A stretch of 64,000 nt of DNA from positions 124,001-188,000 of the IMG/VR virus record IMGVR_UViG_3300035665_000001. One strand, 5' to 3'. The notes under the pieces were generated by a model. The model had not been told where the DNA came from. It did no database searches and saw nothing but the letters and a program-made list of their open reading frames with translations. The position numbers were made by a program, and so were the translations under genes. Each line of letters starts with the position of its first letter. Position 1 is the first letter of the stretch. Shown here one piece after another: positions 1 to 10,446 of the stretch.

Positions 1-744
1 ACAAAATACACATACAGTATTGTTGCCGGTAAAGTAACTAGACAACCTGCATATACATTCACAGCACTTGAAGATTTATTTGATAGATTGAGCACAATTA
101 GTAACATTGATACAATTAATGGTATTGCTTCTAGAACACTTCAAGGTGAATCTGAAAGACCATTGATTGATAAAGAAGATGCTTGGTTTAAAGTACAAAC
201 AAGCATTCAAGATATGGATGCGGAACGTGTTTCATTAGAAGCAAAATTAAAAAGTGGTGATGCTTCTGGTAATCCACTTTCACCAACATTACAAAAAAAT
301 GTTGCTGCTCGTATTGCTGATTTAAAAGCTGGTAGTATTACAGTTACTAAACAGTTCTATAACCACTATACTCGTCAAACTATGTCTGTTGAAGAAGTGG
401 TTCAAACATCATACACTGTTTCTTTGGAAAAAAGAACTGATCTAGAACAAACAACACCATATTTAGCTGGTTTAAGAGGTATTTCTGCGGCTCCAACAAG
501 ACCAGCAGTTACTTTAGATCCTGCTAAAGATGCTGAAATTAGAAAAATTCTAGTTAGACAAAAAATTGGTGTTACCGTTGGTGATGACAAAGATATTATT
601 GCCGATTTGGCAAATGCTTTTAACGCTATTATCAAAAAAGTTGGTGGTCAAGCAGTAACACCTGTGGAAGAAGCACTTATCACTAAATATAGTGCACGTC
701 AAGCTCAAATTGCTACTATTTTAGCAACTGACTATAAAAAATAA
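1..744 (+). CDS. Hypothetical protein, 5'-truncated (possibly virion structural)
   Basis: Frame of ORF 88..744 is open back to base 1; Ala/Thr-rich; followed by a terminator. Confidence 0.6.
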   Translation, partial: TKYTYSIVAGKVTRQPAYTFTALEDLFDRLSTISNIDTINGIASRTLQGESERPLIDKEDAWFKVQTSIQDMDAERVSLEAKLKSGDASGNPLSPTLQKNVAARIADLKAGSITVTKQFYNHYTRQTMSVEEVVQTSYTVSLEKRTDLEQTTPYLAGLRGISAAPTRPAVTLDPAKDAEIRKILVRQKIGVTVGDDKDIIADLANAFNAIIKKVGGQAVTPVEEALITKYSARQAQIATILATDYKK

Positions 745-763
745 AATTTATAGTTAAAAAGTT

Positions 764-793
764 AAAAGGTGGGTTTTTACCCACCTTTTTTTT
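764..793 (+). terminator. Intrinsic terminator
   Basis: AAAAGGTGGGT-tttt-ACCCACCTTTTTTTT hairpin plus T-run. Confidence 0.75.
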
Positions 794-847
794 GCCAAAA
801 ATTTAGTATAATAATTTAAATTTTTTTAAATATATTGAGGTATTACC

Positions 848-1780
848 GTGGATTTACAAACCAACACTAAACACCGATTCATTAAAGATTTTTCTTTGCC
901 TATTCAGGTAATTCAAGAACCAATGTTTATGTATTATATTGATGAATTGGATAGTTATTATTCAACTATTAAAAAACTTCAATATTTGAAAGATGCAATA
1001 AATCTGTTAGGTAGTGAAGATAAAGTTTTTAGTGAATTCAGTAAAATTAAAGATAGTTTGATTGCTGCAGTTACCGAACAAAAAAAATACCAAGAATTAA
1101 GTGTTGATTCACTTGAACAATATACCGTGAAAAATGGTGTTACACAAAAAAATATTTATAGTTTGGAAAATTCGAATAAAGTTTTTATTTCTATCGATTT
1201 AAAACATGCAAATTTTAATGTTTTGAAAATGTATGATAGTAGTTTAGTTTTAGAATCTGAAAATTATGAAGATTTTGTTGGTACTATGACTGATGTGGAA
1301 TATTTTAAAAAATCAAAATATATTAGGCAGTTTATTTTTGGAAATTTGTTACCTAAGAAGCAGCAAAAGTTACAGCATTGGGTTATAGATTCTATAGTTC
1401 AAGTTTTACTTTCATCGGGATTAAAATTACCAGAATTTAATTCTGCTTCAGCTGATGAAATTGTGATACACGTGGATAAAAATCGTGTTGATGATGTTTT
1501 CAATCATATAAAAAATGAATTAAAGACGAATGTAAAAACCTGTGGTTTCTATGAGTGGTTGAAAATAGAAATGTTTGTATTAAAGTCAATTGGTGGTAAA
1601 AGTTATTTTGTAAAAGAAAATATGTTAGATGGTTCGATAGAGTTTAAAGCAATACCATCATTTATCTTCATGCAAGTCTACAAAAAATATGTTGGTAACC
1701 CTGTAGAATATTTTGATAGAATATTTTTTCATGAGGGTTATCTGGCTGAATTTAAACAACCTGTATTTAGTGAGGGGTAA
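848..1780 (+). CDS. Hypothetical protein with DNA-polymerase-palm-like motifs
   Basis: FISIDLKHANF, KSKYIRQFIFG and SADEIVIHV are spaced like polymerase motifs A/B/C; GAGG RBS; TATAAT upstream. Confidence 0.4.
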   Translation: MDLQTNTKHRFIKDFSLPIQVIQEPMFMYYIDELDSYYSTIKKLQYLKDAINLLGSEDKVFSEFSKIKDSLIAAVTEQKKYQELSVDSLEQYTVKNGVTQKNIYSLENSNKVFISIDLKHANFNVLKMYDSSLVLESENYEDFVGTMTDVEYFKKSKYIRQFIFGNLLPKKQQKLQHWVIDSIVQVLLSSGLKLPEFNSASADEIVIHVDKNRVDDVFNHIKNELKTNVKTCGFYEWLKIEMFVLKSIGGKSYFVKENMLDGSIEFKAIPSFIFMQVYKKYVGNPVEYFDRIFFHEGYLAEFKQPVFSEG

Positions 1781-1783
1781 AGA

Positions 1784-2032
1784 ATGTTTGTAGGTGGGAG
1801 TTTTTTTAATATAGAAAATAAATTTTGGGAATTTCAAGTTGAACGATATTCTGAATGGGAAACATATTTTAATTTTCAAATTTGTTTTAATCGCAAATGC
1901 GATCATGCCGGTTTAAGATGTAATGCAGAAATTTGTGGTTATTGGGTCGATTTACAGATTTACGATTGTCGACACTGGGATTATGACCACGATAAATGGT
2001 TCGAATATACATCTGAGGTTGATGGTGATTGA
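1784..2032 (+). CDS. Hypothetical protein
   Basis: 82-aa ORF directly after the previous gene, with GAGGGG RBS. Confidence 0.6.
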   Translation: MFVGGSFFNIENKFWEFQVERYSEWETYFNFQICFNRKCDHAGLRCNAEICGYWVDLQIYDCRHWDYDHDKWFEYTSEVDGD

Positions 2033-2066
2033 TAAGTTATTCCCCACTCTAAGGTGGGGATTTTTT

Positions 2067-2570
2067 TCATTGAATTCTTCTTATTAATTTTTTAAATTTC
2101 CAGGCTGGTGTAGTTTCAGTTTGAATAAAATTCTGTTCTTCTATTAGTTGGAAATCATCATATTTTATTGGTGTTAAAAAGGTATCTGCCTCACCCTCAA
2201 AATCTACTTCACTGACATACATCGTATCTACTAAATTCATAAAATAATTGTAGATCTGAGCACCACCAATAATAAACAATTCGGTTTCATGTTTTTCTTT
2301 TGCAAATTTAATTGCTTCTGAAATATCTGTAAATACGTGCAAATGGTCAATACTACTATCACTATAAAATCCTTGTTTAGAAACAACTAATGAAACTCGA
2401 TTTGGTAGTGGTTTACCAATACTTTCAAAAGTTTTTCTTCCCATCAAAATATGGTGTCCTGTTGTTAATTCTTTGAATATTTTTAAATCCTCTGAAATTC
2501 GCCACAATAGTTGGTTTTTGAAGCCTAACTCATAGTTATTACCATGTGCAACAATCATCGAAATTTTCAT
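2067..2570 (-). CDS. folA: Dihydrofolate reductase
   Basis: [46 protein letters not shown] motifs; ATGA overlap with thyA. Confidence 0.97.
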   Translation of the reverse strand: MKISMIVAHGNNYELGFKNQLLWRISEDLKIFKELTTGHHILMGRKTFESIGKPLPNRVSLVVSKQGFYSDSSIDHLHVFTDISEAIKFAKEKHETELFIIGGAQIYNYFMNLVDTMYVSEVDFEGEADTFLTPIKYDDFQLIEEQNFIQTETTPAWKFKKLIRRIQ

Positions 2571-4240
2571 ACTGCCATTTCTCCTTCAATTTTATCATGA
2601 CACTGATAGTTTAATAATTCGAAGTCATTCATAGTAAAATCATTAATATTTTTGGTGTTTGAATTTAGTTTCATTGTGGGTAGTGGAAAGGGAGTTCTAC
2701 TTAATTGTAGTTTACATTGCTCGAAATGATTTTTATAAATATGAGCATCTCCACTGGTATGAATAAATTCTCCTGGAACTAAGTTGCAAACTTGTGCGAT
2801 CATCATCGTAAGGAGTGCATATGATGCAATGTTAAAACCCAACCCTAAAAAACTGTCCACTGATCGTTGGTATAGTTGACAACTTAATTTTCCGTTCACA
2901 ACATAAAATTGAAATAAGGTATGACATGGTGGTAGTGCCATACCATCCAAATCACTTACATTCCACGCACTTAAAATTATTCTCCGACTATCTGGGTTAG
3001 TTTTAATGGTGTTAACAATTTCTGATAATTGGTCAATAATAATTTGTTTTCTAAATGCGTGATTTGGTGATGCACGAACTGTATAAAACTTACAATCTAT
3101 ATGAAATTCTTGTTTACCATCAATACAGGCTTTTATTAAATCTTTATTGAATTTTTTATTTGGAAATTTATTATTGAGATCATTAAATGATAAATATTCA
3201 AAACGCACACCATCTGAAAATTCAACGACCGTCTTTGTATTAAAATCGATTTCGTGAGCACTATAAAATTTATTCACCTTTGATGGTAGAAATATACATG
3301 TGTCCTTTGAATATTTGTTAGAGTTATAGTATTCCCTGTCAAGACACCAATCATTTATATTATCTTTTGTGCCAATTGACCATTCGTAAAAAAATGGTAA
3401 TAATTCTAAATCATATAAAAACTGTTTAAAGTCAAACCATCGAGAATCGACAAATATTCCTTTACCACCATATAGATGGTAGGATACATTATTAACATCG
3501 TAACACCGTTGTATCATGTTGTACCACATAGTTTGTGCTTTTGCATAATACGAAATATTCTTATCTTTTTTTATTGTAGAATAAAATTTACCAAAGTATA
3601 TTTGCTGACCAAATGTATTATTTCTGAGATTATGTTTACTTGCTATTTCCTTATGTCCAGTCAATATGGATTGTATTTCATAAGAACTATTTTTTGATTT
3701 ATCCAACTTTTTCAAAACCTTATATTCTGTACCATATTTGTTAGTCATAATACGACCAATAAATTCATCATTTGGAACTGGTTGATGATTATCAATGGAT
3801 GGTATTGGTATGGATTCTATGAATTTTTTTTCTTCCATTTCTATTAAAGTTGTAGAGTTTAACGCCCCTGTTTTTCTCCAACCAGAACCATATACATTTC
3901 CGAGCAATTTCATAGTATCACTATTGGTGTATCCCAATTTTTTACCTTGATTATCTGCGTTTGCAGTCCATATAGTTTTTTTACCAATGAGATTTTCTCT
4001 ACTATCCCCATAGTGTATTTCTGCTAATCTTCTTTCATCGGTACTACCTTCAATAAACCATAATAATTCGGAAATAATAGCTTTTAAATATGTTTTTTTT
4101 GTAGTGATTAATGGAAACCCTTGTGATAAATCGAATCGCATTTGATAACCAAAAATCGATTTTGTTCCAACGCCAGTTCTATCCGTTTTTTCATCACCAT
4201 CATCAATTATTTTTCTTAATAAGTCCAAATATTGTTGCAT
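2567..4240 (-). CDS. thyA: Thymidylate synthase with an in-frame HNH-type nuclease insertion of about 270 aa
   Basis: [56 protein letters not shown] motifs; insertion lies between YGSGWR and IDQL. Confidence 0.95.
   Translation of the reverse strand: MQQYLDLLRKIIDDGDEKTDRTGVGTKSIFGYQMRFDLSQGFPLITTKKTYLKAIISELLWFIEGSTDERRLAEIHYGDSRENLIGKKTIWTANADNQGKKLGYTNSDTMKLLGNVYGSGWRKTGALNSTTLIEMEEKKFIESIPIPSIDNHQPVPNDEFIGRIMTNKYGTEYKVLKKLDKSKNSSYEIQSILTGHKEIASKHNLRNNTFGQQIYFGKFYSTIKKDKNISYYAKAQTMWYNMIQRCYDVNNVSYHLYGGKGIFVDSRWFDFKQFLYDLELLPFFYEWSIGTKDNINDWCLDREYYNSNKYSKDTCIFLPSKVNKFYSAHEIDFNTKTVVEFSDGVRFEYLSFNDLNNKFPNKKFNKDLIKACIDGKQEFHIDCKFYTVRASPNHAFRKQIIIDQLSEIVNTIKTNPDSRRIILSAWNVSDLDGMALPPCHTLFQFYVVNGKLSCQLYQRSVDSFLGLGFNIASYALLTMMIAQVCNLVPGEFIHTSGDAHIYKNHFEQCKLQLSRTPFPLPTMKLNSNTKNINDFTMNDFELLNYQCHDKIEGEMAV
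3040..3874 (-). mobile_element. HNH/His-Me-finger homing-endonuclease-like domain inserted in frame in thyA
   Basis: [24 protein letters not shown]...YSKDTCIF motifs typical of phage HNH-like nucleases. Confidence 0.75.
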
Positions 4241-4304
4241 AATATCCTATTCCTTTGTAGTTTAGATGATAATATTATACAATTATTTTAAAATTTTGTT
4301 TTTT

Positions 4305-5585
4305 CTATGTTTTCTTTAAAAATTTATATCTTACTAACATTGGCACATAACTTGAAAAATTATGTCTTACTTGGTCGGATGTATCTTTTATTTTATTTAC
4401 ACTACTGTTATAATTTACAATGATCGCTTTTGCAAATTTAGTATCTTTTATTTTTTCCCATGATTCTTTATTTCTTTTTATCCATATTGCCATTATAGTA
4501 ACCACAGCAGCAATACCTATATTTGTGCTTATATCAAATGATGTTACTGAGTTAACCCCTTTATGACCTGCAAGTAACCATAATAAATTTTCAAACCCTG
4601 TATCATTATTTTTATCATCAGCAGAAAGAAACCAGTCAGCTACGTTAAATTTACCTGCAATTGCATCTACAGCCTGTTCTAAATTGTAATCATATACTAA
4701 ATCACCTTTGAAAACCATAGTTTGCCATGTTTGCCATGCAACCCATGCCATCCCACAACCAATCGCGGTTCTTAATGCTAATCCAGCAGATGTTTTTAAA
4801 AATCCTTTAGATGCTACCGTCAATTTTAAAATTCTTATATCGTTAATAGCTTCATTTTTTTTACCCTGATAGTCATTTTCTATAATTTCTTTTATTTTTG
4901 GGTTGACTAGATCGGGTTTCATCATCATTTTGTCCAAATAATCTTGACCATATTTCTGTAGAAAGTTTTTTAGTGCTACTACTGGTGTTGTTCCCGCAAA
5001 ACTTTCACATACTCCTTTGGATAGAATTTCGTGTAATTTTTTATAAACTACAAAACCATCAATTAATCTTTTTAAAAACCAATTACCTGTAGATTTTACT
5101 AAACCTATGAAATCTTTATTTTTTATCATTAACCATACAGCTTTAAAATCTACATCACTTAAAGATAAACCTTTAATAAAATTAAATAATGCCTTTCCAA
5201 AAACACCAACTGATTTTATAAATGAGATGATGATTTTTTTTACATCACTTATTGTGTTTTGAACAACTGTATTTTTCTGTACTGGTTGACCAAATCGTTC
5301 CATCATAATCGTATTTTCTAAGTTATCTATCAATTCGCTTTTTACTGATTCGGTTAGGGTTTTATCTTTTTTCAATCTGTTAATAACTAACTGATTTTCA
5401 AGTAAATGTATATCAACTATAGATTTTTTATCATTTAAAATTGATGTACCAAATCTATTCACTAGAATTTCTATTGCATTTATAGTTTCTAATATTTTGT
5501 TATACTCGCCGTTGCTAATAGTTTGGTTTGCAACGTCTTTAGGTGGTATTGTGAGTAATGTTAATTGTAGGTCAGTTATATTCAT
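4305..5585 (-). CDS. Putative virion internal protein with hydrophobic helices
   Basis: Late-promoter motif at 5617-5623; LTE/LLE motifs; hydrophobic C-terminal segments; start probably at MNITDL. Confidence 0.45.
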   Translation of the reverse strand: MNITDLQLTLLTIPPKDVANQTISNGEYNKILETINAIEILVNRFGTSILNDKKSIVDIHLLENQLVINRLKKDKTLTESVKSELIDNLENTIMMERFGQPVQKNTVVQNTISDVKKIIISFIKSVGVFGKALFNFIKGLSLSDVDFKAVWLMIKNKDFIGLVKSTGNWFLKRLIDGFVVYKKLHEILSKGVCESFAGTTPVVALKNFLQKYGQDYLDKMMMKPDLVNPKIKEIIENDYQGKKNEAINDIRILKLTVASKGFLKTSAGLALRTAIGCGMAWVAWQTWQTMVFKGDLVYDYNLEQAVDAIAGKFNVADWFLSADDKNNDTGFENLLWLLAGHKGVNSVTSFDISTNIGIAAVVTIMAIWIKRNKESWEKIKDTKFAKAIIVNYNSSVNKIKDTSDQVRHNFSSYVPMLVRYKFLKKT

Positions 5586-5684
5586 TTTCAATCTCAGCAA
5601 GGGGTATGATTACAAATATTTATTGTGCACATTGATAAATTATTGTATAATAGATAAAAAATAATTGAAATAGGAATTTAGTTT

Positions 5685-6005
5685 ATGACTAAAAAATTCA
5701 ACAAGCAACGAACTGATTTATTGCAAACTGTAGACGATTTTGAAAGAGTTATGGAGGATTATTTTGGTATGCCTCCATTTAAATTGGAACTGTTTAAACT
5801 CGACAGAATAACCTATTGGGAATATGAAGATGTTGAAAATTCATTAACTTTACATTTTCGTGATATTTTTGATTTGGATGAATTGGTATCTGGGTTAATG
5901 AGTACACCAGATAGATTATTTATGTTTGAATTTGAAGAATACAAACACGTTGATAGAGAAAATTTAACATTAACTATAATTGGTCGAATGGGTGGATTAA
6001 AATAA
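5685..6005 (+). CDS. Hypothetical protein
   Basis: AGGA RBS; TGTATAAT upstream; stop/start coupled to the ligase fragment. Confidence 0.7.
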   Translation: MTKKFNKQRTDLLQTVDDFERVMEDYFGMPPFKLELFKLDRITYWEYEDVENSLTLHFRDIFDLDELVSGLMSTPDRLFMFEFEEYKHVDRENLTLTIIGRMGGLK

Positions 6006-6811
6006 TGAAACTGAATGCGTTATATGAAAAAATTAATAGTATGGTTTCACTAGAAATATTTCAGTTTGGTGATACACAAAAGATATTGGAACAGGAATTC
6101 GTATCCGAATTCCTATATCTCAATAATATGGTAAATGATGTATTCAAAAATGAAACAACTGAAGCTAAATTTAACATTTTGCGAATTTTTGATGTTTATT
6201 ATCGTAGTGGTGTTCCACTAATAAGCGACAATCATTATGATGGTATGTACAAAATTTATGTAGATTCGATCAAAGAACCCGTTTCACCTATTATGTTTGA
6301 ACCCACAATTAATGCATGGGAAAAAGTTAACCATGATATACCTATGGGATCACTTGATAAACAAACAACGATTGATGAGATTGAAAAATGGTGTATGAAA
6401 AAAGGTATAGCTGGTTTACCATCGGTAGTATCGGAGAAACTAGATGGCATTTCGGCAGAACTTATTTTTAAAAATGGTAAATTCACTCAAGCTATTACCA
6501 GAGGTGATGGTAAAAAAGGTGATGATATTACTGAAAATGCTAAGTATTTTGATGGGGTAGTTAAGGAATTACAGGAACCCTGGGATTGTTCTATACGAGG
6601 TGAAGTAATGATAACTAAAGATAATTTAATATCTATCAATACTATTTTAATGTCTAATGGAAAAGATCCTTTAAAAAATACCAGAAACGGTGTTGCTGGA
6701 TTAGCAACAAAATTCAAAGATAGAAACTTAGAAATTCTATCTTTGATTTCATTTTTAGCTTATGATATTCAAGTATTTGCGGTACATGATACCGGTGAAA
6801 ATGTTGTATAA
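6005..6811 (+). CDS. ligA: NAD-dependent DNA ligase, N-terminal (partial adenylation domain) fragment only
   Basis: YYRSG.P.ISD..YD, H..PMGSLDK, EKLDG, TRGDG..G.DIT, IRGEV, NTRN..AG, F.AYD; ends before motif IV and the OB/Zn/HhH domains. Confidence 0.85.
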   Translation: MKLNALYEKINSMVSLEIFQFGDTQKILEQEFVSEFLYLNNMVNDVFKNETTEAKFNILRIFDVYYRSGVPLISDNHYDGMYKIYVDSIKEPVSPIMFEPTINAWEKVNHDIPMGSLDKQTTIDEIEKWCMKKGIAGLPSVVSEKLDGISAELIFKNGKFTQAITRGDGKKGDDITENAKYFDGVVKELQEPWDCSIRGEVMITKDNLISINTILMSNGKDPLKNTRNGVAGLATKFKDRNLEILSLISFLAYDIQVFAVHDTGENVV

Positions 6812-6819
6812 TTATTATT

Positions 6820-7263
6820 TTACGGTTTAAACCATTCTTGGATTGGGTTGTAATGAGTACCTTCCTCACTAATCCAAGTTTGTTCACTTACTAATCTAAT
6901 TGATATTTCCTCAACGTCCCCATACTCAACATATTTAACCTTTGTGGTTATCACTACTTCGTGTGCTTTATCACCTGTTCCTGCCGTACAAATAACCTCT
7001 AATAATTCAGCTCTTGGTTCGTATTTTTTGATTACGTTAGTTATCTCTGTCTGTGCGATGTTTCTAGTTCGTTGAATATTTGGTTCGTATATTAATAGGT
7101 GTAGATTTGTTCCATAGTCTGGATCATATACCCTAGAACCTTTATGGGTGTTTATCAAATTTTGAATTGATTGTTTGATAACCTCCTTATCATATATAAC
7201 AAAACCATCCTCACTTGAATTAATAGAAGGTGATAGTTTAAACAAACCTAAATATTTTGACAT
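6820..7263 (-). CDS. Baseplate wedge subunit, T4 gp25-like
   Basis: IKQSI.NL..T.KG.RV..P.YG..L..L.YEP and YEPR motifs. Confidence 0.9.
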   Translation of the reverse strand: MSKYLGLFKLSPSINSSEDGFVIYDKEVIKQSIQNLINTHKGSRVYDPDYGTNLHLLIYEPNIQRTRNIAQTEITNVIKKYEPRAELLEVICTAGTGDKAHEVVITTKVKYVEYGDVEEISIRLVSEQTWISEEGTHYNPIQEWFKP

Positions 7264-7265
7264 AA

Positions 7266-7643
7266 TTAAAATCCTAAAGTTTTTTTAAAAAAGTTAAAAT
7301 CCGGTATTTTTAGTTCTCTACCTTTGTAAAATTCAATAAATGGATCCTGTATTTCATTAAATAATGCAATTATCCACCAATATTTTGCGTTTCCATAAAC
7401 ATCATAGGCTATGGCATCTGGTCTGTTTACAAATTTTTCCTGATTTATTATAAAAGTGGTAGAATCTATTTTAACATTGTTGAAATTTAATCTCCAATCA
7501 TATGGTAAATCTTTGTTGCCCGGTTTCATATAAACGAATCTATTGAAATTTGTCCCAGTTGCACTTGAATCCTGTTTTAAAAAATAATCTCGTTTATGTA
7601 CCACCGCTCTTGATAAAGCATCTGTTTCATTTCTTATAGCCAT
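7266..7643 (-). CDS. Baseplate wedge protein, T4 gp53-like (LysM-like)
   Basis: RPDAIAYDVYGNAKYWWIIALFN..DP...G..LKIP; adjacent to the gp25-like gene. Confidence 0.8.
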   Translation of the reverse strand: MAIRNETDALSRAVVHKRDYFLKQDSSATGTNFNRFVYMKPGNKDLPYDWRLNFNNVKIDSTTFIINQEKFVNRPDAIAYDVYGNAKYWWIIALFNEIQDPFIEFYKGRELKIPDFNFFKKTLGF

Positions 7644-7663
7644 TCATAACTCCTTTTTTAAGT

Positions 7664-7697
7664 TATTTATCGTCGCTCTGCCGAAAAACTCCAGGTA
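7664..7697 (-). mobile_element. Degenerate copy of the IS200/IS605-like scar fused to a late promoter
   Basis: Minus strand reads GGAGTTTTTCGGCAGAGCGACG-ATAAATA, matching the copies at 31985 and 46234. Confidence 0.55.
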
Positions 7698-7842
7698 ATA
7701 TTTAACGATAATTCTCATAAAAAAAATTTAATATTCATCCGAATCCCTACTAGTCTTGGAGAAAAGCAGTGAACGCATGATGATTTGGGTTACTATTATT
7801 TCAATTATTTTTAGTATAATATATTTTCAAAAGATAATTTAC

Positions 7843-8256
7843 ATGAGGTTAACAGTGTATAGTCATTTTTACAAAAGAAAATACGTTGTTCGATATGAAT
7901 ATATTGGAACTGATTTAAATATCGATATAGTTGAAGTATTTGAATTGTTGACCTTTGATAAAGGTATTGTCAGTATGTCACTCTATATTGAACCACATAA
8001 ATGGAAAAATATTGCATTATTGTCAATAACTGAAAGTAATAAACAAACACTTTTAAATCATGGTGTTGAAATTTTAGAATCTAAATTTTTGTATGATGAT
8101 GAAATAGATGCTTTGATTCAATTGGCTTTTATTTGTTCTAAATATATGGTTGCACCCAGTAAAATTTTTGATTGTTCGAATGGTAGATTAACTACCATAG
8201 CTTATAAAAAATTGGTAAATACATTTTATGATGATTTCCCAGAGAAATATATTTAA
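7843..8256 (+). CDS. Hypothetical protein ending in FPEKYI
   Basis: Start probably 7843 or GTG 7855 (GAGG RBS; TAGTATAAT at about 7812). Confidence 0.6.
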   Translation: MRLTVYSHFYKRKYVVRYEYIGTDLNIDIVEVFELLTFDKGIVSMSLYIEPHKWKNIALLSITESNKQTLLNHGVEILESKFLYDDEIDALIQLAFICSKYMVAPSKIFDCSNGRLTTIAYKKLVNTFYDDFPEKYI

Positions 8257-8265
8257 GGAGTTTAA

Positions 8266-8829
8266 ATGATTAAAATAGGATTAATTGGAGCCCCAGGTTG
8301 TGGTAAATCGACACTTGCTGCGTATGTATATGCTATGCTAAAAGATAAGGGTGTTGATGGTGAATTAGTTTCAGAATATATTCGTGAACATGTAAATAGG
8401 CATAAGCGAGTTCCCAGCATAACATTTCAGGGCGTTATTTACGAACGCCAATTAGAAAAAGAAAAAATAATTCCACAACATTTGGGTTTTTTTATAACTG
8501 ATAGTCCGCATATTTTATCCTATATTTTCGCATCATTGTATATAGATTATGGTGATCCAGATCAAATTGAATTGTTAGGAGATTTATACCTTAAATTTGT
8601 TAGACAGTCAAGAGATGCCTATGATTTAATTTATGTTTTAGATCATAACCATCCACCTAAAATGGATGATGGTGTGCGTTATCAAAATGATGATGAAATG
8701 GAATTATTAAAACGAGTTATACCTACATTTTTAGATATGCACAAGATTTCATATACAGTATTGGATGGAACAATATCCACAAAAGAACGTGCTGAGATGG
8801 TTGTTAATGATGTTTTGAAATTATTGTAA
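8266..8829 (+). CDS. NadR-like/AAA_28 P-loop nucleotide kinase/ATPase
   Basis: GAPGCGKST, ELVSEYIRE, FITDSP, DDGVRYQ motifs. Confidence 0.8.
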   Translation: MIKIGLIGAPGCGKSTLAAYVYAMLKDKGVDGELVSEYIREHVNRHKRVPSITFQGVIYERQLEKEKIIPQHLGFFITDSPHILSYIFASLYIDYGDPDQIELLGDLYLKFVRQSRDAYDLIYVLDHNHPPKMDDGVRYQNDDEMELLKRVIPTFLDMHKISYTVLDGTISTKERAEMVVNDVLKLL

Positions 8830-8862
8830 TGTATGGGAGAAATTTTTAATTCCTCCCATACA
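8829..8862. terminator. Hairpin between convergent genes
   Basis: ATGTATGGGAG...CTCCCATACAT inverted repeat. Confidence 0.65.
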
Positions 8863-8892
8863 TTACATATCAAGTTAAGCCATTGCTGGAGT

Positions 8893-9552
8893 TTATTTTG
8901 TTGTTTTTGTGAGGGATACTACTTTATTTAACAGTTTGTTGGCTAATGTCAATTGATTTGTTGGTAAAACCTTTTCTATTTTTGATTTCAACGACTTAAT
9001 AATGTCAGTAATACCTGGTTCGTGATGTCCACCTGCATTACCATGTGCAGCATGGGCATCTTTACTTTCCCACGGTAATACTATGTGTACCCCAGTTAAC
9101 GCAGAAACCATATGTAATGGGCCAGTTATTAGATGTGCTGTAGCGGTATCAAGCTGTAATAGAACATCAATTACGTTTTGTTGACTAAACGCTTTTTGAA
9201 TATCCCCTTTAAGATCTTTTGCTTGTATTTGACAATTTTTAAATTTTTCTTTGTCACCCGAAGCTTTTGCTTGAGTTGCAGCTAAACCTAATAGGAAAGA
9301 TTTCACTAATGTCTTTCCACCTTTTGCTAAAACTTGAATTAATCCGGGTTTTGTATTGTGAAATTCAAAACCCCATTCTTTAAATTTATCGGTTAAACCA
9401 TCCAATTTACCTTTTAATAAATCTAAAATTGAACTTTCAGTCAAAATAGATTCATCATCTATGACATCAATTAAAAAAGCATATTCTAATACTAGTAATT
9501 CTTGATTAGTTAAATGAGTACCATCATCAACTAATAATTGTTTTAATTTCAT
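8893..9552 (-). CDS. Putative virion internal/head protein
   Basis: N-terminus MKLKQLL.DDG..LTN.EL..LE shared with the neighbouring gene; ILTE motif. Confidence 0.45.
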   Translation of the reverse strand: MKLKQLLVDDGTHLTNQELLVLEYAFLIDVIDDESILTESSILDLLKGKLDGLTDKFKEWGFEFHNTKPGLIQVLAKGGKTLVKSFLLGLAATQAKASGDKEKFKNCQIQAKDLKGDIQKAFSQQNVIDVLLQLDTATAHLITGPLHMVSALTGVHIVLPWESKDAHAAHGNAGGHHEPGITDIIKSLKSKIEKVLPTNQLTLANKLLNKVVSLTKTTK

Positions 9553-9639
9553 AATAATTTTTTCTCCATGAATATAATTTGTAATTTTTTTTATTTACTT
9601 TGTCTTGTTGTAACTAACTACAATCTTATTTGGTAATGA

Positions 9640-10446
9640 TTATGGTTGTCGTGTTTTGTTTTGATTACTTTTGTTTTTCATAATTGTTTTGATTAAATAT
9701 ACAAAAGTTTTGTTTAGTTTTTCTCTCTGGGGGTTATTTTTATCCCCTGGTAGTAATTTCAAAGTATATGAATATATTTTTTCTAATGTTTCTTTTGCAA
9801 TTATCGGTGTAATTGGTTTTCCTCCAATTTTCCCTTTATTGTTTGTGTTTCCAGTAGTTACAGAATCATCACTCATTGTTGGTTGTGTTGTATCTTGAAC
9901 TTTGGTCGAAGCAATTTTTATAAATTCTTTACCTAGATCAATCAATTTATCGAATCCAGTTTTTTCTAATTCTCCACCAAAGTGTTTCATAGACCAAGAT
10001 GGTATGCTAACTTTAAGTGCTTTACTAAATTCTATTATTTCTGTGACTCTATTGTTGTCTGCGAGAATATCGTTCAGTTTTAAACCTAATGGTGGTGAAG
10101 TGAGTTCTTTTTGTAAAGCGTTTACTGATTTTTTACCTTGTGCAAATGCAGTCATTAATTTTAAAAATACGCCAATTGTTAATGATGAAACTGATAATTT
10201 TTTAAACATTGATTTTACGTTATTTATTGAATCACCAATAAGACCCTCTTCTAAAGTTGATTCATTTTCAAGTGCTTCTAAAATAGTATCAAAAAGTTCT
10301 TGATGTCTTAATGAAACAACATCTATCATTTCTGTGGATTGCAACAAACTATCGGAATAATCGGTAAATAATGTATGTTCTATTATTTGTAATTCTCTAT
10401 TAGTTAGTTGAAAACCATTATCATCCAGTAACCGTTTTAATTTCAT
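9640..10446 (-). CDS. Putative virion internal/head protein
   Basis: MKLKRLLDDNG.QLTNREL..IE leader; TLEE motif; late-promoter motif at 10489-10495. Confidence 0.45.
   Translation of the reverse strand: MKLKRLLDDNGFQLTNRELQIIEHTLFTDYSDSLLQSTEMIDVVSLRHQELFDTILEALENESTLEEGLIGDSINNVKSMFKKLSVSSLTIGVFLKLMTAFAQGKKSVNALQKELTSPPLGLKLNDILADNNRVTEIIEFSKALKVSIPSWSMKHFGGELEKTGFDKLIDLGKEFIKIASTKVQDTTQPTMSDDSVTTGNTNNKGKIGGKPITPIIAKETLEKIYSYTLKLLPGDKNNPQREKLNKTFVYLIKTIMKNKSNQNKTRQP

Noticed and set aside
3040-3874. Intein in thyA
   Set aside because: No block A Cys/Ser start, no TxxH block and no terminal HN followed by C/S/T
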